From NCBI GenBank assembly GCA_043814605.1, contig JBDRJV010000037.1:31899-95898 (forward strand): a stretch of DNA of 64,000 nt, read 5' to 3'. The stretch comes from Candidatus Omnitrophota bacterium. Lineage in GTDB: Bacteria; Omnitrophota; Gorgyraeia; B26-G9. The notes below the pieces were generated by a model, which was given only the letters and a program-made list of their open reading frames with translations, was not told the DNA's origin and did not search any database. Made by a program: the position numbers and the translations under genes. Shown here piece after piece: positions 38,925 to 47,387 of this stretch (position 1 is the first letter of the stretch; every line of letters begins with the position of its first letter).

Positions 38925-40139
38925 ATGCAGGCTAATCATAAATTAAAACCAGCTATTGCAGGGGGGAAACCCGTAAGGAAAAAAATGCTGCCTTTGCATC
39001 AATCTGATTTTTCTCAAGCAGAAGAAAAAGCGGTAATAAAAGTTTTGCGCTCGGGATGGCTGACTAAGGGGCCGCAAACAAAAACACTCGAAGAAAAATT
39101 TACTAAATTTGTTAAAGCCAAATATGCTATTGGGACAAATTCTGGGACAAGTGCATTACATCTTGCTTTGAGTTGTTTAGATTTAAAAAAAGGTGATGAG
39201 ATTATAGTTTCTCCGCTGACTTTTGTCTCTGCGATTAATTCAATTATTCATTGTAATTGCAAACCTGTATTTGTTGATGTTGATCCCCTAACTTTAAATA
39301 TTGATCCCGAGCAGATTGAATCTAAAATCAATATGAGAACTAAATGTATAATGCCCGTACATTTATATGGACAAGCATGTGTGATGAATAAAATTTTAAG
39401 AATAGCTAAAAAAAATAAAATATTTGTAATCAGTGATGCGGCGCATGCTTTAGAAACAGTATATAACCGGAAAAAAATCGGCTCGATCGGGGATATCACT
39501 TGTTTTAGTTTTCATCCGGCTAAAAATATTACTTCTGGGGAAGGAGGAATGCTGGTAACAAATAATAAAAAGTTTGCACAAAAAGCTCAAATGTTAAGTT
39601 TGCATGGTATAGATAAAAGTACTTGGACCAGATACACTCAAGATAGATTTCAGCATTGGACAACAATCGCGCCGGGGTTTAAATATCACATGACTGATCT
39701 GCAAGCTGCAATTGGTTTAGCCCAATTAGAAAAAATCAAAAAATTTTGGCAAAAAAGAAAAAAATACACAAAAATGTATTTATCTGCTTTTAAAGATATT
39801 CCTCAAATAAGAGTGATTACAAAAATGTCATCACTAAAAAATAAAAATGCATATCATTTATTCATAATACAAATAGATACAAAAATGTTAAAAATTAATA
39901 GAGACTATATTTTAAATGCACTACTAGCTGAAAATATTGGGGTAGGGGTTCATTATCGTGCAATTCATTTACACAGTTTTTATAAGAACCATTTTAGTTT
40001 TAAAAAAGGAATGCTGCCTCAGGCTGAGTATGCAGCAGAGAGAATAATTACTTTACCCTTATATCCAAAAATGAAACAAAGTGATATTAGTGATGTTATT
40101 GATGCAGTGAGCAAGGTTATAACCTATTATAAAAAGTAG
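38925..40139 (+). CDS. DegT/DnrJ/EryC1/StrS-family PLP-dependent sugar aminotransferase
   Basis: SDAAHALETVYNRKKIGSIGDITCFSFHPAKNITSGEGGMLV (an SFHxxK PLP-lysine motif) and DLQAAIGLAQLEKI. Confidence 0.85.
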   Translation: MQANHKLKPAIAGGKPVRKKMLPLHQSDFSQAEEKAVIKVLRSGWLTKGPQTKTLEEKFTKFVKAKYAIGTNSGTSALHLALSCLDLKKGDEIIVSPLTFVSAINSIIHCNCKPVFVDVDPLTLNIDPEQIESKINMRTKCIMPVHLYGQACVMNKILRIAKKNKIFVISDAAHALETVYNRKKIGSIGDITCFSFHPAKNITSGEGGMLVTNNKKFAQKAQMLSLHGIDKSTWTRYTQDRFQHWTTIAPGFKYHMTDLQAAIGLAQLEKIKKFWQKRKKYTKMYLSAFKDIPQIRVITKMSSLKNKNAYHLFIIQIDTKMLKINRDYILNALLAENIGVGVHYRAIHLHSFYKNHFSFKKGMLPQAEYAAERIITLPLYPKMKQSDISDVIDAVSKVITYYKK

Positions 40140-40166
40140 TTATTAAATTGTTGCATATTTATAAGT

Positions 40167-41591
40167 ATGATGAAAAAAAGAATATTATTGATAAATCCAA
40201 ATTATACTTACTTTCCCGGTTGGTTATCAACGGCGGTTAATTATAAAGGCCTGTCTTTAGGACTAGCTTATATTGCGGGATTTTTAAGAAAACAGAATAA
40301 TGTCAAGGTGCGGATTTTTGATGCAGTTATTTTAAATGCTACAATTAAAGATATCATTTTAGATATAAAAAAATTCAATCCGGATATTATAGGGATTACG
40401 ACAACGACAATTACAATAAATGGTGCCAGACAAATTGCTCAAGCAGCAAAAAAAATATTAAAAGATATTATTATTGTTTTGGGAGGGCCACATGTTAGTG
40501 CGTTACCTTTTGAGAATTTAGATGTTGCAAATTTTTGTGTAATAGGTGAAGGAGAAGTTACCTTTTCAGAATTAGTTACTGAGATTAATAATCAGAAAGC
40601 TTGGGATAATATAAAAGGGATTTCATTTAAAAAAAATGGAGAATTTGTAAAAACTCCATCACGTAATTTAATCGAAAATCTAGATTGTTTACCATTTCCG
40701 GCTAGAGATTTGTTACCTGAACATAAATTTATGCATATTTATCCTTATAGGTTAAATAATCCATATTATGAAAATTTAGTAACTTCTCGAGGATGTAACT
40801 TTAATTGTAATTTTTGCTTAAATGATTTAATGTGGCAAAAAAGAACGAGATATCGTAGTTTGAATAGTGTTTTTGAAGAAATAGATATCTTGGTAAAAAA
40901 TAAAAATACTTCGGTTTTGTTTTTTCAGGATGATAACTTTACATCGAACTTTGACAGGATTTATGAATTTTGCACAAAAAAAAGAATATATTTTCCAGAT
41001 TTAAAATGGATTTGTCATGCTCGGGTTGATTTTTTAACTTTGCCATTATTAAAAGAAATGGAGTCGGCCGGTTGTGTTGAGATTCAATTAGGCGTTGAAA
41101 GCGGTGAAAATAGCATACTGTCTGATTCTAATAAATCGTTTAAGAAAGAAAGCATCATAAAAGCGTTTAATTTTATAAGAAAAACTAAAATTAACAGCTG
41201 GGCAACAGTTATTATTGGGCATGAAAATGATACTAAGGCAACAGTTGAAGAAACAATTAAGTTTGTTAAAGCTATTGATCCAACTTATTGTACTTTTTTA
41301 TTTCTATCCCCTTTACCAGGGACAAAAACGTTTGCTGATTTTTCAAAAAAAAGATTTATTAAAACTTATGATTGGGATAAATATGGCTGGCATGGAGAGC
41401 CGGTTTTTGAAACTCATTTATTAAATAGAAAAATGTTGTTGAAATTAAGAAGGAAAGCTTACTGTGATTTCTATATTCGACCGAAAAATTTTTTAAAGTA
41501 TTTTCACATTCTATTTTATCGTAAGCAATTTAGTACAATTATAAATAATCTTCTAATCATGATCAAATTTATATTTAGCCCAGTAAAATAA
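40167..41591 (+). CDS. B12-binding-domain radical SAM protein
   Basis: N-terminal B12-binding-like domain (ILLINPNYTYFPGW...IIGITTTT), then VTSRGCNFNCNFCLN (CxxxCxxC). Confidence 0.75.
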   Translation: MMKKRILLINPNYTYFPGWLSTAVNYKGLSLGLAYIAGFLRKQNNVKVRIFDAVILNATIKDIILDIKKFNPDIIGITTTTITINGARQIAQAAKKILKDIIIVLGGPHVSALPFENLDVANFCVIGEGEVTFSELVTEINNQKAWDNIKGISFKKNGEFVKTPSRNLIENLDCLPFPARDLLPEHKFMHIYPYRLNNPYYENLVTSRGCNFNCNFCLNDLMWQKRTRYRSLNSVFEEIDILVKNKNTSVLFFQDDNFTSNFDRIYEFCTKKRIYFPDLKWICHARVDFLTLPLLKEMESAGCVEIQLGVESGENSILSDSNKSFKKESIIKAFNFIRKTKINSWATVIIGHENDTKATVEETIKFVKAIDPTYCTFLFLSPLPGTKTFADFSKKRFIKTYDWDKYGWHGEPVFETHLLNRKMLLKLRRKAYCDFYIRPKNFLKYFHILFYRKQFSTIINNLLIMIKFIFSPVK

Positions 41592-41972
41592 TAAAAAAAT
41601 AATATCGTATAAAGCGATACTTATTAATTTTACCGCTAAAATTTTTCTACTATTGGTTAGAGGACTAATTATATTACTGTTGTTTCCAAAGAGAAAGATA
41701 GTATTGTAGATATTACTGGTTTATAAAATGATTCGAAAAAAATAACTAATCGATTAAGCTTAATAAAATGTAATTTTAATTATTTTAAAGGACTAACTAT
41801 TAGTTGATTGATAAGGTTGTTACGAATACCGAGACTAATATAATAAGCGATTTAAATTAATCGCCATGTCCTGTAGAAGGTATAATTAGTTTACGTAATT
41901 ATAATAATGTTGTGGTGAATTTTCAAGAAAATATTTTTCAATTAATATATACAATTCGGCGAGAGGATCTAG

Positions 41973-43166
41973 ATGTCTATTTCGAGAAGAAATTTTTTAA
42001 AAAATAGTTTAAAATTTTGTGCAGGAGTTGGATTATGCATCTTAACAAAAAGTTTCTGGGATAATTTTGAAAATACAGAAAGGATAGACAATTTTTTATT
42101 AAAAGAAGCAAAATATTATCGTAAAGGAAGTAACAATACTGTGCAATGCTTATTATGTGCCAGAAATTGTGTAATTAAGGATAAAAAAAGAGGGTTTTGC
42201 CAAGCCAGGATAAATAGTAAAGGTAAATTATTTAGTATGGTATACGGAAGTGTGATTATAACCCATTCAAAGGATAGACCGTTTAGGTCTTTGATTTATT
42301 TTGCTAATGATATTGAAGGGCTATGTATTGGTACAGCTGGATGTAATATGAGATGCAAGTTTTGTCTTGCCTCAGGAATTAGTCAGGTAAAACCTGAAGA
42401 TATTAAGATTAATAATAGATTTCCTTTTACTATGAATAAGAAACAAAATAAGACTCAGATTCTTCCAGATCAATTGATAAGCATGGCCAAAAAAAACAAT
42501 GTAAAATTAATTCATTTTAATCTTAATGAACCTACAATATATTATGAGTATATGCTAGATGTGGCAAAAATAGCGGTAAAAAATGGAATTTTTACAATGC
42601 TATGGAGCAATGCATATATAAATAGGGACCCTTTGCTTGAGTTAGCTCCTTATTTAGGCGGAGCGAGCATTGGATTGAAAGCTTTTAACAATGATATCTA
42701 TAAAAAGTTTTGCAGCGGAGAATTAAGTCCGGTTTTAGATACTTTAAAGTTGCTGAAAAAACAAAAAATTCCTTTTGAGATAATTTATCCAGTCATTCCG
42801 ACTGTTAATGATGATACTCAACAAATTAAAGATATGTGTTTTTGGATTAAAGATAAATTGGGTACGGAAGTGCCATTGCATTTTTATCGTTTCCTGCCTA
42901 GGTATAAATTAGTTAATTATCCTCCAACCCCTATCTCAACCTTGGAATCCATACAGAGTTTGGCTAAAAATACTGGTCTAAAATATGTATATGTTTTCTA
43001 TATGGGAGATTATCCTATCCCGGGCATGGAAGAAAAAATTTATTGTCCAAATTGTAAGAAATTAGTTTTATTACGTAAAAATTTAAATAATCTTGTAATA
43101 AATAATACGAAAAATTCCTGTTGTAAATTTTGCGGTGAAAAATTACTTTTTTTTATTTTTAAATAA
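41973..43166 (+). CDS. AmmeMemoRadiSam-system-type / PflA-like radical SAM enzyme with N-terminal twin-arginine-like leader
   Basis: ATG with GAGAGGA 7 nt upstream. The N-terminus SRRNFLKNSLKFCAGVGLCIL matches the Tat consensus. CLLCARNCVIKDKKRGFCQARINSKGKLFSMVYG followed by GTAGCNMRCKFCLASGIS matches the characteristic N-terminal half of AmmeMemoRadiSam/PFL-activase-type rSAMs. Confidence 0.7.
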   Translation: MSISRRNFLKNSLKFCAGVGLCILTKSFWDNFENTERIDNFLLKEAKYYRKGSNNTVQCLLCARNCVIKDKKRGFCQARINSKGKLFSMVYGSVIITHSKDRPFRSLIYFANDIEGLCIGTAGCNMRCKFCLASGISQVKPEDIKINNRFPFTMNKKQNKTQILPDQLISMAKKNNVKLIHFNLNEPTIYYEYMLDVAKIAVKNGIFTMLWSNAYINRDPLLELAPYLGGASIGLKAFNNDIYKKFCSGELSPVLDTLKLLKKQKIPFEIIYPVIPTVNDDTQQIKDMCFWIKDKLGTEVPLHFYRFLPRYKLVNYPPTPISTLESIQSLAKNTGLKYVYVFYMGDYPIPGMEEKIYCPNCKKLVLLRKNLNNLVINNTKNSCCKFCGEKLLFFIFK

Positions 43167-43234
43167 TCTAAATTATGGGAAAAATTTATTACTTAATACG
43201 ATTAAATAAAAAATTGAAAATTTATTAAAAATAT

Positions 43235-44644
43235 ATGAGAGTTCAATTTATTTTTCCGCCTTATACGCATAAAAAATTTGAAGAGGACATTTCAATTGTC
43301 AGCCGTAGATTTGGTATTTTCCCGCCGTTAGGGCTTGCATTTGCGGCGGCTATTTTAGAGGCACAGGGACATTGTGTGGATATTATTGATGCGCGGGCTT
43401 CGAATCTATCAAAAGAGCAGACACTGCAAAGAATAAAATATTTTCAGCCTAAATTACTGGGATTTATGCTCACGTTTTATATGTTTCATGATACTTTAGT
43501 CTGGATTAAATTTTTTAAAGAAAAAACTAATATCCCGATTATTGTCGGTAATGTATTAATGGAGTTTTTCCCGCAGGACGTGATGGCGTATCCTGAGATT
43601 GATTATGGAATTATTGGCTCCGCGCAAAAAAATTTACCGCTACTCATAGAATTTTTGGAAAATAATAAAAATATCGAAAACATTAGTGGGCTTTGTTATC
43701 GTAAAGATGGACAAGTAATTATTAATAAACCCAAAGAATTATTTGAGGATTTTCAGACTTTGCCTTTTCCGGCAAGGCATTTATTGCCTAATCATAAGTA
43801 CCATGCGGTAATGTCAAAACGTAAAAATCTTACGATAATGGTTACAACCCGTGGATGTGCCGCTAGCTGTAATTTCTGTCATATTAAAGATATTAAATAT
43901 TCAGCTAGGTCAGCCCAGATGGTTGTGGATGAAATGCAAGAGTGTTATGAAAAATTTAATGTGCGTGAAATTGAAATATTTGATCCTACTTTCAATATGG
44001 ATAAACGCAGAGTGATGGATATTTGCCAAGGCATAGTTGATAGAAAACTGGATATTGATTGGGCTTGCCGTGCGAGAATTGATTGCATGAACCCAGAAAT
44101 GTTGAAAATTATGTGTCAGGCTGGGTGCAAAAGAATATTATACGGGATTGAATCAGGCGATGAAAATATTCTTAAAAAAATTAAGAAAGGAATAAATTTA
44201 TCACAAATTAGAGATACGATTAAAGCTACCCAAGATTTAGGAATAAAGGCATTAGGATTTTTTCTTTTAGGGAGTCCCGGAGATAGTTTAAAAACTATTA
44301 ATAAAACAGTTAAATTTGCTAAAGAATTAAAGCTTGATTATGCGCAATTTCATAAAACAATAGCAAAACCTGGAACCGAATTGTACGACCAAGTTAAGAA
44401 TTATACAGGACGCGATTTATGGAGAGAATATATTCTAGGTAAATATCCAGAATCAAGATTACCTACGCCTTGGACAGATTTATCAGCTCAAACCATAGAG
44501 CAGTGCACTTATCAAGCGTATCGAAAATTCTATTTTAGAATTGGTTACCTCTGGCAAACTCTTAGAGGAATAAAATCATTTCATGAATTTAAGAGATACC
44601 TAGCTTCTTTTTTTGGTTTAATTTTTGAAAAACGGGATTATTAA
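43235..44644 (+). CDS. B12-binding-domain radical SAM protein
   Basis: N-terminal B12-binding-like domain, then VTTRGCAASCNFCHI (CxxxCxxC). Confidence 0.75.
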   Translation: MRVQFIFPPYTHKKFEEDISIVSRRFGIFPPLGLAFAAAILEAQGHCVDIIDARASNLSKEQTLQRIKYFQPKLLGFMLTFYMFHDTLVWIKFFKEKTNIPIIVGNVLMEFFPQDVMAYPEIDYGIIGSAQKNLPLLIEFLENNKNIENISGLCYRKDGQVIINKPKELFEDFQTLPFPARHLLPNHKYHAVMSKRKNLTIMVTTRGCAASCNFCHIKDIKYSARSAQMVVDEMQECYEKFNVREIEIFDPTFNMDKRRVMDICQGIVDRKLDIDWACRARIDCMNPEMLKIMCQAGCKRILYGIESGDENILKKIKKGINLSQIRDTIKATQDLGIKALGFFLLGSPGDSLKTINKTVKFAKELKLDYAQFHKTIAKPGTELYDQVKNYTGRDLWREYILGKYPESRLPTPWTDLSAQTIEQCTYQAYRKFYFRIGYLWQTLRGIKSFHEFKRYLASFFGLIFEKRDY

Positions 44645-44659
44645 AAGGAATTAATTTAA

Positions 44660-46144
44660 ATGAAAATAATGTTTTATTATTCTGCCTTTGAAAATTTAGG
44701 CATTGAATATCTTTCTGCAGTTTTAAAACAATCCGGACATAAAACCCGCCTTCTCTTTGATCCGGGTTTATTTAACGACCCTTTTTTGAGTATTAAACCA
44801 TTGGCTAAAATTTTCAACTGGGAGAAAAAATTATTACGTGAATTTACCCAATACAATCCGGGTTTAGTAGCCTTTTCTGTGACGAGTTCAACTTATTTAG
44901 CCGCATTGGATTTTTCAAAAAAACTTAAAAAAATAACGAAAATTAAAATAGTTTTTGGCGGGATCCATGCCAGTGCAGTGCCAGAGGTTGTTATAAAGGA
45001 TGATGCAGTTGATTACTTAATTGTGGGTGAAGCAGAAGAAGCTTTATTGGAACTAGTCGAGGCATTAGAAAACAATAAACCGATTAATAGCATTAAAAAT
45101 CTGTGGTATAAAGATAGGTATAAAATCTTTAATAATTCTTTAAGAGACTATATTACTGATCTTGATAAACTTCCATTTCCAGATAAGGATCTTTATTATG
45201 ATCAAATTCCTGAATATAGAAGCGGGTATACAATAATTACCCGCCGGGGTTGTCCGAATCATTGTGCTTATTGCCATAATAGTTTATGGCATAAATTATA
45301 TAAAGATTATGACAGTGAAATTGTCCGGTACCGAGGGGTAGATAATGTAATTACAGAGTTAAAACAGGCAAAAAAAAAGTATAATTTTAAAAGGGTTCGC
45401 ATAAACGATGAAATTTTTACTCTTAATGAAGGCTGGTTAAAGGAATTCTCTGCAATGTATAAGAAATATATTAATCGGCCAATGTTCTGTTTTGTTAGTC
45501 CTCATACTGTAAACGAAAAAACTGTAGAATGTTTAAAAGCTATGAATTGTTATCAGGTTTGTATGGGTGTGCAAACTCTAAATGAAGAAAAGAATAGAAT
45601 CTTGTTAAACCGCAATCAAACTAATAATCAGGTAAAACAGGCAATTAAATTATTTCGTGAATATAAAATTCGTTGTGTTGTGGATAATATAATTGGTTTA
45701 CCTGGTGAAAAGGAAGAAGATTTATTGCAGATGGCAAGGTTTTATAATAATAACCGTCCCGATAGGATTTGTATTTTTTGGCTGATTTATTTCCCTGGGA
45801 CAAAAATTATAGATGCAGGATTAGAAAAAGAGGTGCTTAACCAAAAAATGCTAGAAGAAATTAAAACAAATCCGCAAGCTACAGCGAATACTATCTATAG
45901 TCTGTTACATGAAAGGGGCAAGAATAAGTATTATATTTTGCTTCTGCTGATACATTTTTTACCTAAAAATATTATTGATTTTATCATAAAGAAAAGATTA
46001 TTTGAATTATTTTCATTATTAAACCCCTCGTTGATTGAAATCCCTTTTACGATGATTGCTCGGGACAGATTAGATATAGTCAGACGCAGATATTATTCAC
46101 GTTATATCAAATATGGAATTAAAAAATTATTTTTAGTTGGATAA
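44660..46144 (+). CDS. B12-binding-domain radical SAM protein (paralog subfamily 'LGIEYLSA')
   Basis: LGIEYLSAVLKQSGH, ITRRGCPNHCAYCHN, C-terminal IHFLPKNIIDFIIKKRLF. Confidence 0.8.
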   Translation: MKIMFYYSAFENLGIEYLSAVLKQSGHKTRLLFDPGLFNDPFLSIKPLAKIFNWEKKLLREFTQYNPGLVAFSVTSSTYLAALDFSKKLKKITKIKIVFGGIHASAVPEVVIKDDAVDYLIVGEAEEALLELVEALENNKPINSIKNLWYKDRYKIFNNSLRDYITDLDKLPFPDKDLYYDQIPEYRSGYTIITRRGCPNHCAYCHNSLWHKLYKDYDSEIVRYRGVDNVITELKQAKKKYNFKRVRINDEIFTLNEGWLKEFSAMYKKYINRPMFCFVSPHTVNEKTVECLKAMNCYQVCMGVQTLNEEKNRILLNRNQTNNQVKQAIKLFREYKIRCVVDNIIGLPGEKEEDLLQMARFYNNNRPDRICIFWLIYFPGTKIIDAGLEKEVLNQKMLEEIKTNPQATANTIYSLLHERGKNKYYILLLLIHFLPKNIIDFIIKKRLFELFSLLNPSLIEIPFTMIARDRLDIVRRRYYSRYIKYGIKKLFLVG

Positions 46145-46177
46145 ATATTAAATTGATCAAAGTATCAGGATAAAATT

Positions 46178-47167
46178 ATGAATTCAGGATTATTGAATAT
46201 ATTAAAAATTGTTAGAATTTTTTTTAAAGTAAAATTTTTTAGAAATAAAATTCCTATTTTTGTGGGCTGGGATTTAACTTACAGGTGTAACTTTAATTGT
46301 CAATATTGTAAAATTCCGAAACTTGATACCGATCGAGAATTGTCAACGGATAAGGTGTTAAAAATGATAGATCAGTTTAGTAAACTTGGTGTTTGCCGTA
46401 TACATTTTGGTGGGGGAGAGGTTCTATTACGAGATGATCTTGATCAAATTTTAAAATTTTGTAAAAAAAGAAATATTTATACTGTTATTCTCACAAATGG
46501 AGCTTTATTTGAAGCTAAGATACCTGTTATAAAGAAAGCAAATCTAATAAAAGTAAGTTTTGATGGTCCTGCTAAAATTCATGATAATTTGCGTCATAAG
46601 GGGTCTTATAGTCAGATTGTTAAAGTATTAGTTTTAGCAAAAAAACTTAAAATAAAAGTAACGTTAAGTGCAACTTTAACTAGAAAAAATTATGAATATA
46701 TTGATTATATTTTAGATTTTGCTAAAGAAAATAGGACCCCAGTAAAATTTCAGTTAGTTAATGAGTTCTTGTCAGGATCTAAAGACATTGCTAATCTTAA
46801 GCTTTCCCGAGAGCAGCAGCAGAAGGCAATGGGAAAATTATTAAAGGAAAAAAAGAGGAGCGGGTATATAATAAATTCTAAAAATGCACTGGAGTATATG
46901 CGTGATTACCCAAATGTAAAAAATTTATGTTGTACGGCAGGAAAGCTTTATGTGCGTGTTTCTGTTGATGGAAGGCTATATCCGTGCGAAATACTAAAAG
47001 ATGAGTTTTTAAAAAATACATCTTTTGAAAAAGATATCGGTAAATCATTCAAAGTATTAAAAAATGTTAATTGTAAATATTGTTTATGTACTACAACATT
47101 AGAATTAAATCAATTATTTTCTTTAAATTTAAATGCAATTTTTAATGGGCTAAAGTATTTTAGTTAA
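46178..47167 (+). CDS. Radical SAM / SPASM-domain protein
   Basis: DLTYRCNFNCQYCK (CxxxCxxC). The C-terminus has CCTAGKLY...CE...CKYCLC, consistent with SPASM. Confidence 0.8.
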   Translation: MNSGLLNILKIVRIFFKVKFFRNKIPIFVGWDLTYRCNFNCQYCKIPKLDTDRELSTDKVLKMIDQFSKLGVCRIHFGGGEVLLRDDLDQILKFCKKRNIYTVILTNGALFEAKIPVIKKANLIKVSFDGPAKIHDNLRHKGSYSQIVKVLVLAKKLKIKVTLSATLTRKNYEYIDYILDFAKENRTPVKFQLVNEFLSGSKDIANLKLSREQQQKAMGKLLKEKKRSGYIINSKNALEYMRDYPNVKNLCCTAGKLYVRVSVDGRLYPCEILKDEFLKNTSFEKDIGKSFKVLKNVNCKYCLCTTTLELNQLFSLNLNAIFNGLKYFS

Positions 47168-47387
47168 AATTTAATATGGCTAAGAACTAATTCTATATTA
47201 AGAATTATAGAAGAACTTTTCCGTGTTATTAATAAAAAAATGGTTCGATTGTGGAAACAAAGTTTAACGTTTTTTTTCGACAATATTGCTTTTGTATTTT
47301 TAGAATTGATAAACGAATCTTCAATTAGAAATAAGAACTGTAGTTTAAAAGTAATTTTTTTATTACCAACACTATGGAGGATGAAGT

